A DNA stretch of 49,462 nucleotides from Pseudomonadota bacterium (GTDB lineage: Bacteria > Pseudomonadota > Alphaproteobacteria > RF32 > CAG-239). A program made the translations under genes and the position numbers. The stretch is from the NCBI GenBank assembly GCA_918234285.1, contig CAKJXZ020000022.1:1-49462 (forward strand), written 5' to 3'. A model generated the notes under the pieces. The model did no database searches and was not told the DNA's origin. It saw only the letters and a list, made by a program, of their open reading frames with translations. This document shows, piece after piece, positions 29,055-39,172 of this stretch. Each line of letters starts with the position of its first letter. The stretch's first letter is position 1.

Positions 29055-30112
29055 TATTTTTTATCCTTGTCATCAAAATATTTTACGGCCGCATCAAGCT
29101 TTTCCGCCACCACCGGCAACGCATATTTTTCCATACAAAGCAAATACCCGCGACGAGCCCTTTGTCGCGACTCGCTCAAGTTTTGCACGGCCAGTTGCAA
29201 CTGGTCTGCCATGGCATCGATGTCACCGGCATCAAACAAATATGCGGCGTCGGCATGACCGGTAAAAATCTCCCGCGGACCTTCAGCCAACGACGATACA
29301 ATCGGCTTACCATGCAACATCGCTTCCAACAAAACAATACCGAACGGCTCAAAGCGCGATGGTAAAACAAACACGTCAATATTGCTGAAAAACTCGGTTT
29401 TATCGTGCACCCAACCCAAAAGCGCTACTTCTTTATCCAAATGATTTTCCTGTATTTGGCGACGGATACTCATATATTCTTTCATATATGCATCTTGCGG
29501 CGCTCCCCCGATAACCGCCTTAAATTTCACGCCGCGGTCTTTCAGCTTGGCCAAAGCCGCAACCAAATCCGGAAAGCCTTTCATCGGGTCAAAGCGCCCC
29601 ATGGTACCGATAACCGGCAGTTGATGGAAATCTTGCTCATAAAATTCGCGACCGGCACTGATTAAATTCGGGATGGTAAAAATTCGTCCCAACGGATAGC
29701 CTTTCTTGGCAAAAACACCGCGTTGATAATCGGTAATCGTGAAAATTCCGTCGCATTTATCAATATGCCGAAACTTAGGATTATGCGACACCGCCACTAT
29801 TTTAGCGCCGAGCAACCGCGCCACCGCTTTAAATATCGGCACGGCTTTTTTGTTGTGCACAATCACCAAATCCGGTGCAAATTTTCTGAGCTTAAAATAA
29901 AGATACGGCACCAACAACCAATTATAATGCACAAACGGAATTCGCACCGTATCATCCGGCTTAAGCACTCGCAAAGCGGGAATGATTTTACATTTGCTGT
30001 CAACCACCGCACAAACCTGATGATTATACATTTTCAACGCCTCGGTATAATCCAAAAAGGCTTGTTCTATTCCCCCCATCACACGGCTTATCATAACATT
30101 GACTATACGCAT
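29054..30112 (-). CDS. Glycosyltransferase family 4
   Basis: GGIE, GRFDPMKG, PSRFEPFGIVLLEAM. Confidence 0.93.
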   Translation of the reverse strand: MRIVNVMISRVMGGIEQAFLDYTEALKMYNHQVCAVVDSKCKIIPALRVLKPDDTVRIPFVHYNWLLVPYLYFKLRKFAPDLVIVHNKKAVPIFKAVARLLGAKIVAVSHNPKFRHIDKCDGIFTITDYQRGVFAKKGYPLGRIFTIPNLISAGREFYEQDFHQLPVIGTMGRFDPMKGFPDLVAALAKLKDRGVKFKAVIGGAPQDAYMKEYMSIRRQIQENHLDKEVALLGWVHDKTEFFSNIDVFVLPSRFEPFGIVLLEAMLHGKPIVSSLAEGPREIFTGHADAAYLFDAGDIDAMADQLQLAVQNLSESRQRARRGYLLCMEKYALPVVAEKLDAAVKYFDDKDKK

Positions 30113-30113
30113 T

Positions 30114-31028
30114 TTATTCTCCTAACCTGCCGCTCAATAAACAATCCAAAAAAGAATTTCTCGCCGGTTCTTTTTTATATTTCCAACTCAATTTATGCAC
30201 GGATGTTTTGCCCTTGATTTCCGCCCATTTCTGCACCGTATACGGCTCAAAAAAGTTATCCGCCAGCTCATAACAATCGTCATAAATCAGCGGAGTTTGC
30301 GCCCATTGCCGCGCACATTCCGCCTTATACGTAACCACCATATCATACGCTATATAAACCAGAAAATAATTAATCATCCGGTTCTCATGCTTCCAATATT
30401 CAAACATAAAATTCTTCAAACAACGAATAATAATATCGTCTTTTCCGGCTTTTAAAAACCAACTCTGTCCCTGATACAATTCACGACAATGAAACGCGAA
30501 AAAAGGTGCTTCAAGAATTGCTTGCGACAACGGTTCAGTCAAAAATACCGTGGCGTCCATCCATAATCCGCCGTATTTTGCCAAGAGCGCGACACGCAAC
30601 AAATCGGAGAGTTGTGTGCGGGTTATACTTCCTTTTCGGTGCTTTTGCATAATATAATCCGGCAATTCCACATAATCGTGCATATTGTCGGCGGTGATAA
30701 CGCGTAGCTCATAATCGGGACAATATTTACGGATTGATTCAATACATTTTTTAACCACCGGCGGCAAATTTTCCTCACCCTGCCACCAGCAAGTCCAGAT
30801 AATCTTCGGAGCAGCGGTCGGCGCTTCCTCTGCCGCAATTGCATCAAGCGCATACAAATAACGACTTAAATACTTTTTTTCCGCCTCGCAACGCAGTTGC
30901 TTAAACTTGGCTTTGCGCTCTGTTTTATTTTTATAACGTAAGGTCGTGAACAACCGCAGCCAAAGCACATAAAGCTTAACTTTCAAAAATGCCGTACGGC
31001 GCAAGCAAAAATCAATTATATTCTTCAT
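30114..31028 (-). CDS. Capsular polysaccharide synthesis protein (Caps_synth/GT32-like)
   Basis: KIIWTCWWQG, SDLLR..LL.KYGGLWMDAT, HKLSWK. Confidence 0.88.
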   Translation of the reverse strand: MKNIIDFCLRRTAFLKVKLYVLWLRLFTTLRYKNKTERKAKFKQLRCEAEKKYLSRYLYALDAIAAEEAPTAAPKIIWTCWWQGEENLPPVVKKCIESIRKYCPDYELRVITADNMHDYVELPDYIMQKHRKGSITRTQLSDLLRVALLAKYGGLWMDATVFLTEPLSQAILEAPFFAFHCRELYQGQSWFLKAGKDDIIIRCLKNFMFEYWKHENRMINYFLVYIAYDMVVTYKAECARQWAQTPLIYDDCYELADNFFEPYTVQKWAEIKGKTSVHKLSWKYKKEPARNSFLDCLLSGRLGE

Positions 31029-31129
31029 TTTATTATCTGCAGACGTTATTCGCTATGCATATCATATACACCGCGCAAAAAATAGCAAGCAACGATTGCT
31101 ATTAATGCAAAGGAAAAATTATTATTTTT

Positions 31130-32311
31130 CTATACTATAGCGAATTTTTCCGCAACCGACACCGCCGCCCGTTTGCCGGAAGCAACCGCTTCCACCGCCG
31201 TAGAGCCGCCGTTTACGAAATCGCCGGCATAAAAGATATTTTCGGCCTCATTCAGCTCTTCCGCCCGCGTTGAGCCGAGTGCCGATATCAGCAGCGACAA
31301 GCCGAAACGCGCCACTTCCGTATGCGGTACGTCTTGCAACCGCCCCTCCTCATTAAACTGCGTTTTGCAAGTATATATTGTCAGCATATCGTCGACTTTT
31401 TCAACTTTGGTAACCCGCGTCATGGTGGTAATATCGACCTGTTTTTCCAGCAAAGAACTTCTTTCTGCCGGAGTTATCCGCATATCGCTCAGACGCCGCC
31501 GCACAAACATTTCAACATGTTTTGCCCCGCTATTTGCCGCCGTTATTGCACAATCCACCGCCGCCGCACCGCCGCCGATAATTCCGACATGGCCGGTTGC
31601 CGCATATTGTTGCGGATTCTTCAGATAATCGGTATAATCAACCATCCAATATTCGCCGTCAATCCCGAGCGTACGGCTTTTTTGTTCGCCCGGCGCCGCA
31701 ATCACTGCGTCAAAACCTTGTTGCAACAAAGAATTATAATCGGAAATCGGTGTATTCAAGCGTATTTCCACCGCTGCATTTTCACTCAAACGTTGCCACT
31801 CATGCGCAATAATTTCCCGCGGCAGTCGTTCCATCGGAATCATATTCAAAGCGCCGCCGACCGAACTTTCACGCTCAAACACCGTCACGGCAAAACCGTA
31901 TTTTATCAACTCTGCCGCCGCCCCGATTCCGGCCGGACCGGCTCCCACAATCGCCACCCGTCGACCGTTAGCGGCTGTTTTTCTAACCCGTTCTGCTGTG
32001 CCGTCTTCTCTCATCCGGCGCATAATTTCCGCCTGCACCGCCGGAATCCGTATCGGCATATCGATATGCTGACGTAAACAGGCGCGCATACAAAACTTAT
32101 CCGGACAAATCAAACCGCAGGTTTCACCCAGCGGATTTTGCGCAAAAATCAACGCTCCCGCCCGTTTGATATTCCCTTCTTTGGCCGCGGCAATAAAATC
32201 GTGCGGCGAACACTTGACCGGACATGCCTTTTCACATGGTTTGGCCGGACATTGCAAACATTTTTCCAACTCGGCGGAAAACTGGGCTTTATTCAAATAC
32301 GGCTTGGACAC
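31130..32311 (-). CDS. GltD/PreT-like Fe-S flavoprotein oxidoreductase
   Basis: CLQC..KPCEKACP, NPLG.TCG.ICP...C..AC, VGAGPAG, GGGAAAVD, AGD...G.ST.VEA; GTG start after AGGAGG. Confidence 0.88.
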   Translation of the reverse strand: MSKPYLNKAQFSAELEKCLQCPAKPCEKACPVKCSPHDFIAAAKEGNIKRAGALIFAQNPLGETCGLICPDKFCMRACLRQHIDMPIRIPAVQAEIMRRMREDGTAERVRKTAANGRRVAIVGAGPAGIGAAAELIKYGFAVTVFERESSVGGALNMIPMERLPREIIAHEWQRLSENAAVEIRLNTPISDYNSLLQQGFDAVIAAPGEQKSRTLGIDGEYWMVDYTDYLKNPQQYAATGHVGIIGGGAAAVDCAITAANSGAKHVEMFVRRRLSDMRITPAERSSLLEKQVDITTMTRVTKVEKVDDMLTIYTCKTQFNEEGRLQDVPHTEVARFGLSLLISALGSTRAEELNEAENIFYAGDFVNGGSTAVEAVASGKRAAVSVAEKFAIV

Positions 32312-32444
32312 GGCAGACCTCCTTTTTTTATGTTTGTTATGATTTAAGCACAAAAAAACAAAAAAAACACCTAATATTTTCGCTTTTCAGATTGTATTTA
32401 AGAAAAAAGGCTGTATGATAAGGCCAAACAGGTATATAACTGAA

Positions 32445-33203
32445 ATGAATAAGCAGTGGCTAAAAGACATTATCAAATCTTCCGCCGCCGAAAAGTTAAT
32501 CGGCAGTTTTGCTTATTATTACCTGAAATTTGTCGGCTTAACCACCCGTTGGAAATCGGTTACCGGTGTTAAAGAAACCTACGAAACTTTGCAAAAAGAC
32601 GGCAGCATCATCGTTATCGGTTGGCACGGACGCACCCTGATTATGCCGTATTTCTGGAACAAAAGCAGCAAACTCAATGCGTTGGTTTCGCCGCACCGCG
32701 ACGGTCGGATGATTATGTATATCTTAGAAAAATTCGGCATCGGCCATATCAGCGGTTCCAGCGATAAAAACGCCAAAGAAGCCGCGCTCGAATTAATGCA
32801 GAATCTCAAAGACGGCAACAGTATCGCCATTATTCCGGACGGGCCGCGCGGGCCGAGTATGGAACTGACTATGAGCCCGCTTTTTTACGCACAAAAATCC
32901 GGCAAACCGATTTTAGGCATAACTTACAGCATTGCCGGATCCATCGTTGTCAACAAAAGCTGGGATGATATGCTGATTCCGCTGCCGTTTCATAAAGGCA
33001 AATACGCCATTACGCCGCCGGTCTATATTCCGGCAGACGCCACTCCGGAACAGCTTGAAGAGTACCGCCAAAAGATTGAAAACGATTTGAATGAGCTGAC
33101 CTGGAAACTTGACAAGGAAATGGGCTTGCCGTATATTCAAAAAGGCAAACGGCCGCGCAAAAGCCGCAAAGAATTATATGAGGAACAACATAAAGGAAAA
33201 TAG
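32445..33203 (+). CDS. DUF374 lysophospholipid acyltransferase-family protein (LpxJ-like)
   Basis: WHGR, LVS.HRDG, GSS, IPDGPRGP, SWD...PLPF; upstream of waaA. Confidence 0.85.
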   Translation: MNKQWLKDIIKSSAAEKLIGSFAYYYLKFVGLTTRWKSVTGVKETYETLQKDGSIIVIGWHGRTLIMPYFWNKSSKLNALVSPHRDGRMIMYILEKFGIGHISGSSDKNAKEAALELMQNLKDGNSIAIIPDGPRGPSMELTMSPLFYAQKSGKPILGITYSIAGSIVVNKSWDDMLIPLPFHKGKYAITPPVYIPADATPEQLEEYRQKIENDLNELTWKLDKEMGLPYIQKGKRPRKSRKELYEEQHKGK

Positions 33204-34481
33204 ATGTTTATAGGTCTTTACAATACCATGATTCGCGTTTTATACCCGATTGCCATTCGCCGCTACATCGAAAAGCGTAAAAAAATCGGCAAGGAAGATG
33301 TAAAGCGTTTTAACGAGCGTATCGGGCGGCCGACCAAAGAGCGGCCGGAAGGACGGTTGGTATGGTTACACGGCGCTTCGGTCGGAGAATCCATCTCCAT
33401 GCTGCCGCTGATTAACCGCCTGCTCGAGCTTTATCCCGACATTCATGTTATGGTAACGACCGGCACCACCACCTCGGCCGAAGTTATGGCAAAACGTCTG
33501 CCGGAGCGCGCTTTCCATCAATATTTGCCGATTGACAATCCGGTGTTTACCACCCGTTTTGTACGCCATTGGCAACCGACGATTGCTTTGTGGTTTGAAT
33601 CGGAATTTTGGCCGGCGATGCTTTCGTCCATCAAGCGCCGCAACATTCCGCTGATTTTGATTAACGGCCGCATTTCCAACAAATCTTTCAAGCGTTGGCA
33701 ACAGTTTGAATTTATCATCAAAGAGCTGCTGGACTGCTTTACCGCCTGCCTCGGACAATCGGAAGAAGATGCCTATCGTCTGCGCATTTTGGGGGCTAAA
33801 GATGCAATGTGCCTCGGTAATTTGAAATACGCCGGACTGCCGATTCCGGTGGATCAGGAAAAGAAAGCCGAAATTTTGCGGCAAATCGGCGAGCGTCCGC
33901 TATGGCTCGTAAGTTCCACTCACAGCGACGAAGAATTTAAAATCGGCCGCTTTTTGAAAGAATTGCAGCAAAAACATCCGGGACTACTGACTTTGATGGC
34001 ACCGCGCCACCCTAATCGCGGAGCCGAAATTAAGGAAAAATTGCAAAAGGATTACGAACTTAATGTTGCTCTACGCTCGGCCGGCGAGCCGATAACTGCC
34101 GAAACCGACGTTTATGTGGCGGATACCATCGGTGAAATGGGTATATGGTACGAAATCGCGCCGATAGTATTTATCGGCGGCTCGCTCATTCCGCACGGCG
34201 GCCAAAACTTTATGGAACCGTCGCGTTGTCGTGATGCCGTTATTGTCGGTCCGCACATGCATAACTTTACCGATGCGATGAACCGTGCCAAACACGCCGA
34301 CGGTATCATCCAAGTCAACGATGTGTTGGAACTCATCGATATGGTTGACCAGCTTTTGAGCAATCGTGAATTACTCGAGGCCAAGCGCAGTCTGGCTTAT
34401 AACTGGGCCACCAGTGAAGCCAAAGTTCTGGACGGCATTGTGGAAAAAATTCAAGGATACATGGTTAATGAAGACTCCTAA
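33204..34481 (+). CDS. waaA: Kdo transferase
   Basis: WLHGASVGE, ESEFWP, NGRIS.KS, GNLK, STH, PRHP.R, DTIGEM, GGSL..HGGQN.MEP. Confidence 0.96.
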   Translation: MFIGLYNTMIRVLYPIAIRRYIEKRKKIGKEDVKRFNERIGRPTKERPEGRLVWLHGASVGESISMLPLINRLLELYPDIHVMVTTGTTTSAEVMAKRLPERAFHQYLPIDNPVFTTRFVRHWQPTIALWFESEFWPAMLSSIKRRNIPLILINGRISNKSFKRWQQFEFIIKELLDCFTACLGQSEEDAYRLRILGAKDAMCLGNLKYAGLPIPVDQEKKAEILRQIGERPLWLVSSTHSDEEFKIGRFLKELQQKHPGLLTLMAPRHPNRGAEIKEKLQKDYELNVALRSAGEPITAETDVYVADTIGEMGIWYEIAPIVFIGGSLIPHGGQNFMEPSRCRDAVIVGPHMHNFTDAMNRAKHADGIIQVNDVLELIDMVDQLLSNRELLEAKRSLAYNWATSEAKVLDGIVEKIQGYMVNEDS

Positions 34482-35427
34482 ATATTGGCAATCCAATTCT
34501 CTTATTTCCAAGTTGCTGACACCGTTCGGCAAACTTTACGGAGCCGCTACCCAGCTTCGACTCAAGTTGCATCAGCCGCGCAAAACTTCCGTACCGGTAA
34601 TTTGTGTCGGCAACATAACTGCCGGTGGAACCGGCAAAACCCCGGTATCTATATCCTTGGCCAAAATGCTGGCAACCGCCATGTACCATCCGATTTTCAT
34701 AACTCGCGGCTACGGCGGCAGATTGCAGAATATTTTGGTAAACAACAAGAAACACACGGCTCAAGATGTCGGCGACGAACCATTGTTGCTATCGGAACAA
34801 GCGCCGGTTGTGGTAAATGCCGACCGCTATGCCGGCGCCGAATTGGCGGTCAAGGAAGGAGCCGACGTTGTTATAATGGACGACGGTTTCCAAAACCCGA
34901 CCTTGCATAAAGACTTATCTTTTCTGGTGTTTGACGGACATTACGGTATCGGCAACGGCAAGATTATTCCGGCCGGTCCGCTGCGTGAAACGCTTGAAGA
35001 CGGCGTTAAGCGTGCCGATGCCATGATTATTTTAGGCAAGGATAAACATGACTTGGTTAAACGGGCTAAATTGCCGGTGTTTTTCGGACATACCGAGCCG
35101 GTACAAACCACCGTCAGCGATGCCAATATTTTAGCCTTTGCCGGCATCGGCAACCCGCAGAAATTCTATCATACCTTAAAACAACAAGGCTTTAATGTGG
35201 TTGAAACGATTGATTTCCCCGACCATCATTTTTATACCGCTACCGAAATTGAAAAAATTTTGCAAAAAGCTAAAGAGATAAATGCCGAAGTTTATACCAC
35301 CAGCAAGGATTTTGTTAAAATTCCGACACTGTATCACAAAAGTATAAATATGCTTGAAGTGGCGGTTGTTTGGGATAAACCGGAAGAATTGCTGAAATTC
35401 ATTGAAGGTCAAATCGGCAAAGAATAG
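34468..35427 (+). CDS. lpxK: Tetraacyldisaccharide 4'-kinase
   Basis: PVICVGNITAGGTGKTP, RGYGG, GDEP, MDDGFQN, PAGPLRE, FAGIGNP, FPDHH; start MKTPKYW. Confidence 0.96.
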   Translation: MKTPKYWQSNSLISKLLTPFGKLYGAATQLRLKLHQPRKTSVPVICVGNITAGGTGKTPVSISLAKMLATAMYHPIFITRGYGGRLQNILVNNKKHTAQDVGDEPLLLSEQAPVVVNADRYAGAELAVKEGADVVIMDDGFQNPTLHKDLSFLVFDGHYGIGNGKIIPAGPLRETLEDGVKRADAMIILGKDKHDLVKRAKLPVFFGHTEPVQTTVSDANILAFAGIGNPQKFYHTLKQQGFNVVETIDFPDHHFYTATEIEKILQKAKEINAEVYTTSKDFVKIPTLYHKSINMLEVAVVWDKPEELLKFIEGQIGKE

Positions 35428-35513
35428 ACAAATTAAACTTTACAAAACACCTTTTTTATGTTTTAATTCAACTACAAATCTATTTTTAAGTTGAATCATT
35501 AAAATATAATTAT

Positions 35514-36716
35514 ATGACTGCAAAAAGACTTTCCGAGTTTGTCAGCCATAAAACTTGGCTTTGGCAAAGGGTGTTTCGCAATTTTTATGCCGGAATACAC
35601 CAACTGTTTGACGTTATGGGTAAGACCGATTTGCAAATATCGACCATTATCCGCTTGTGCCGCAATGTAGATGACCTCGACGAGTTGTGGGATTTGGCAG
35701 AAATGCTGGATGCCTACGAAGACGAAATCCTCGGTACGATTCAGGATATTCGTTTTTGCAAACCGATCCCGTGGCAATATGATTTTTTGGAAATCGTTTC
35801 TGCCGCAACTCCGATGCCGATTGAGAAAACGCTCGATTTGGAAACCATTGCCGATTCCTACTGCGCCGCATTGATGCAGAACGATTTTGACGTCTTCAAG
35901 CTGTTTGCCCGCTTGGATAAAACCTACGGCAAACTCTATGCTTCGGCGGCTCGTAAAGAAATTCTGCTTCGTCGCAACCTTTCGCTGGTATTGGAAAACA
36001 GCTTTTCTCGGCGGTTCGGCGATGATGTTTCTGCGTTCAACAGCCGTGAGCTGGTAGACTACTATCTGCCGCGTTGCGGCATTAAGGGTCTGACTCAAGC
36101 CCTGAAAGCGGCCAGAACGGAGGAGATTAAACTCACTCCGGAGGAGCGCGCCTGCTTGGGATACTCCTATTACTCGCCGTTTTTCTGCGATGCCATCGAG
36201 CTGCGTAAGCAAGTCCCCGGTTCCACCGTATTTGCCTGCGTCGAAGACCAGCTGAAAAACGAACAGGAGTATCGGCAAAACTTGCAAGAACATCTGCGCC
36301 AAACTAAAGACGAAAATGAAGAAGATGCCATTGACGACGAGTTGGAGCGCCGACATCATTTTCTCTTTATTGATCCGTTGGATCGTTGTCTGATTGACGT
36401 CAGGCTCGGCGATGTGGTGTACGCCAATGTGTATGTGCAAAGATTTACGGGAGACGATTTAAATAACAGTTTGCCCGATTTCATCCGCCTGCACAAAGGT
36501 TTACTCTACACGGTTGAATTTGTTGACGATTTTTCGGTGGTAGAATCCGCACAAGAATTCTTGAATTATTTCAATGCCGTCAAGGCTGCGATTATGCAAA
36601 TCGAGAAACTCTGCACGGCCAATCCGCTGATGGGTTTGCACCCGATAATCCGTATGCAACACCAAAAGTTGGAGAAAGAATTGTCGCAATGCTACTATCT
36701 GTCTTGCAATATGTAA
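35514..36716 (+). CDS. Hypothetical protein (orphan)
   Basis: 400-aa ORF with AT-rich SD-less leader and its own terminator. Confidence 0.75.
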   Translation: MTAKRLSEFVSHKTWLWQRVFRNFYAGIHQLFDVMGKTDLQISTIIRLCRNVDDLDELWDLAEMLDAYEDEILGTIQDIRFCKPIPWQYDFLEIVSAATPMPIEKTLDLETIADSYCAALMQNDFDVFKLFARLDKTYGKLYASAARKEILLRRNLSLVLENSFSRRFGDDVSAFNSRELVDYYLPRCGIKGLTQALKAARTEEIKLTPEERACLGYSYYSPFFCDAIELRKQVPGSTVFACVEDQLKNEQEYRQNLQEHLRQTKDENEEDAIDDELERRHHFLFIDPLDRCLIDVRLGDVVYANVYVQRFTGDDLNNSLPDFIRLHKGLLYTVEFVDDFSVVESAQEFLNYFNAVKAAIMQIEKLCTANPLMGLHPIIRMQHQKLEKELSQCYYLSCNM

Positions 36717-36719
36717 ATT

Positions 36720-36753
36720 AAAGGTCCGTTGTTGATTGCAACGGATCTTTTTT
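36720..36753 (+). terminator. Rho-independent terminator
   Basis: aaaggtccgttg-ttgattg-caacggatcttt followed by Ts. Confidence 0.7.
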
Positions 36754-36756
36754 ATA

Positions 36757-36793
36757 TTTAAAAACACCGTTCACTTTTTAAAAACACCGTTCA
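36757..36793. repeat. 17-bp direct repeat, period 20
   Basis: tttaaaaacaccgttca at 36757-36773 and 36777-36793. Confidence 0.8.
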
Positions 36794-36810
36794 GGGTGCT
36801 CTGATACTGC

Positions 36811-38463
36811 TTATTCCAAATAACTGATATGCAACATCGTTACCGGTTTTATATCGGTGGCAGCATAAACTCGGCGACGAATTTGCCCGCGAATAAAATC
36901 TTCGAGCTGACTTCTGTTTTCGGTTTCCGTACATTTTTTTGCCGCCAACGGCCGTACTTTTTCCAAAATTTCATCGGCTAATTTATTCCACTCGTTTTCC
37001 TCCAAAATATCAATGGAACTCATTTGTAAATCGAGTAATTCATTGCCTTTAATCACTACGCTGATAAACAGCGAGCAGTTATATGCGATACGTCGTCTAT
37101 TCTTAATCAGCTGTGAGCCGAGCGGCACCGCGCGTCCCCGATCCCAACCCAAAATATCGGTCGGCACATTTTCGATGCATTCGATATGCTTATCTTTAAG
37201 CAGACACAAATCGCCGTTGCGCGTGGAGAAAACTTCATTAATTCCGCAACTGAGCGCAAATCTCTTATGTTCACGAATAAACTTTTTATCGCCGTGCACC
37301 GGCAATACAATCGCCGGCTTCAACAACTCATACATCCGCTTCAAATCAGTCTTGGTCGGGTGCCCGGAAGTATGCACCAAATCCGTTTCTTCGGTAATAA
37401 TCGTCGCTCCCTGCTCCGCCATTTTTTCCTGCATACGCTCGATTTTGCCTTCATTGCCCGGAATAATTTTGGAAGAAAAAATTACCGTATCGTTTTTATC
37501 GAGCTTCACATATTTGCTTTCGCCGTTGGCAATCAGGCTCATCGCACTGCGATAATTAGCTTGCGAACCGGTGCAGATATACATCACTTTGTCGCTCGGA
37601 ATATCCTTGCCTTCTTCAATCGAAAACACCTTCGGCAAGTCGGCAAAATAGCCGCAATCGCGCGCAATCTGAATATTGGTCATCAGCGTACGCCCCAGCA
37701 ACACCGGTGTCCGATTCGCCGCCACCGCCGCCAAAATCAGGCTCTCAAGCCGCACCATGTTGGAGGCAAAACAGGTTACCAACAACCCGCCCTCTATTTG
37801 CGGCACCATTTTGATTAAGTTTTCGCGCACATCGGATTCGGATGGCAATTTTACATCCAACATAACATTGGTAGAATCGCAAACCAGCATATCTACCCCT
37901 TCGGCAGCAATACGCTTTAAGGCCGCAAAATCCGTCTGCACCATAGAAAGTGCTTCGTCATCAAAGCGCCAGTCGGTCGCATGCATAATATTACCGTATT
38001 TGGTGCGAATAGCCAAGGCACAAGTTTGCGGCACGGTATGCGCCACCGGTATAAATTCCACGCTGAAATTTTCCACCTCTACCACTTTGTTTTGATTTAC
38101 CGAAATCAGCGGCACCGTATCCGCCATTTTAAATTCATTCAAGCGCTCTTTAATCAATCCGAGTGTAAAATCCATCGCATACACCGGACATTGTAAATGC
38201 GGCCAAATTTGCGCAATTGCTCCCAGATGGTCTTCATGCCCGTGCGTAATAAATAAACCCTCAATATCGTCTTTATACGCATCTAAAAATTCCGGTGAAG
38301 CATAAGCCAAATCCATCCCCGGATATTCATCCATCAAAAAACCGTAACCGGCATCAACCACAATCATTTTACCGTCGCAGACATACACGTACATATTCAT
38401 TCCGATATCATCGGCTCCGCCGAGCGGCAAGAAATATATCCCTTTTTCCTTAAAATCAGCCAT
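36811..38463 (-). CDS. rnj: Ribonuclease J
   Basis: PLGG..DIGMNM, THGHEDHLGA, DSTN, FASN..R, TGSQ, IPGNE, HTSGH, PVHG. Confidence 0.95.
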   Translation of the reverse strand: MADFKEKGIYFLPLGGADDIGMNMYVYVCDGKMIVVDAGYGFLMDEYPGMDLAYASPEFLDAYKDDIEGLFITHGHEDHLGAIAQIWPHLQCPVYAMDFTLGLIKERLNEFKMADTVPLISVNQNKVVEVENFSVEFIPVAHTVPQTCALAIRTKYGNIMHATDWRFDDEALSMVQTDFAALKRIAAEGVDMLVCDSTNVMLDVKLPSESDVRENLIKMVPQIEGGLLVTCFASNMVRLESLILAAVAANRTPVLLGRTLMTNIQIARDCGYFADLPKVFSIEEGKDIPSDKVMYICTGSQANYRSAMSLIANGESKYVKLDKNDTVIFSSKIIPGNEGKIERMQEKMAEQGATIITEETDLVHTSGHPTKTDLKRMYELLKPAIVLPVHGDKKFIREHKRFALSCGINEVFSTRNGDLCLLKDKHIECIENVPTDILGWDRGRAVPLGSQLIKNRRRIAYNCSLFISVVIKGNELLDLQMSSIDILEENEWNKLADEILEKVRPLAAKKCTETENRSQLEDFIRGQIRRRVYAATDIKPVTMLHISYLE

Positions 38464-39172
38464 TTTTTCCCTCTATATAAAACACGTCACCAGCTAAAAT
38501 TTTTTGTTTCTTATCTCCGATTCGCAAAATCAAATCGGCATTTTCATCAATTCCTTCAAAAATTCCTTTTTGTACCTTATCATTTTGCCGTACCGTGATT
38601 TTTTCACCGATACCTTTGGCATTTTGCAACCAATCAAGGCGCAACTCAGTAGCATCACGCTTAATATTTTTTGCAAACGCCGGCAGATATTGCCGCAAAA
38701 AATCTGCGGCGGTTACGGTGATTCCCGCTTCCCGCAACGATGTTGTCGGATACAACATTTCCGCCGAATTCGGGCTCTGCGCCGTATTAACGCCGATACC
38801 GACAATCATATATTCTCCGGTGCTCTTTTCCAACAACATTCCGCTAACCTTGGCATTATTTATCAATACATCATTCGGCCATTTGATTTGCACCATCGCT
38901 TCCGGCGCAAAAAAGCGCACGGTTTCCACCAAACCTAGTGTTGCCGCCATAATCAATTTTCCCAATTCCTTGAGCGGAAATTCGATTAACAGCGAAAAAA
39001 ACAAATTGCCCTCCAGACTTTGCCATTTTCTGCCGCGCCGACCGCGTCCGGCCGTTTGCCTGTTTGCCGTTATTACCAAACGTTTTCCCGCCGTATCGGC
39101 ATATTCGGCGGCCGTATCGTTGGTACTTTCAACTTCGGTGAATTGCAAAATTTCAAAACCGGAGATTATCAT
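38456..39172 (-). CDS. birA: Biotin--protein ligase (no HTH domain)
   Basis: STN, QTAGRGRRGRKW.S, KWPND, KVSGML.E, GIGVN. Confidence 0.93.
   Translation of the reverse strand: MIISGFEILQFTEVESTNDTAAEYADTAGKRLVITANRQTAGRGRRGRKWQSLEGNLFFSLLIEFPLKELGKLIMAATLGLVETVRFFAPEAMVQIKWPNDVLINNAKVSGMLLEKSTGEYMIVGIGVNTAQSPNSAEMLYPTTSLREAGITVTAADFLRQYLPAFAKNIKRDATELRLDWLQNAKGIGEKITVRQNDKVQKGIFEGIDENADLILRIGDKKQKILAGDVFYIEGKNG

Noticed and set aside
35499-36440. 313-aa antisense ORF opposite the 400-aa orphan
   Set aside because: The plus-strand ORF has the leader and terminator; the antisense translation looks like a shadow frame.
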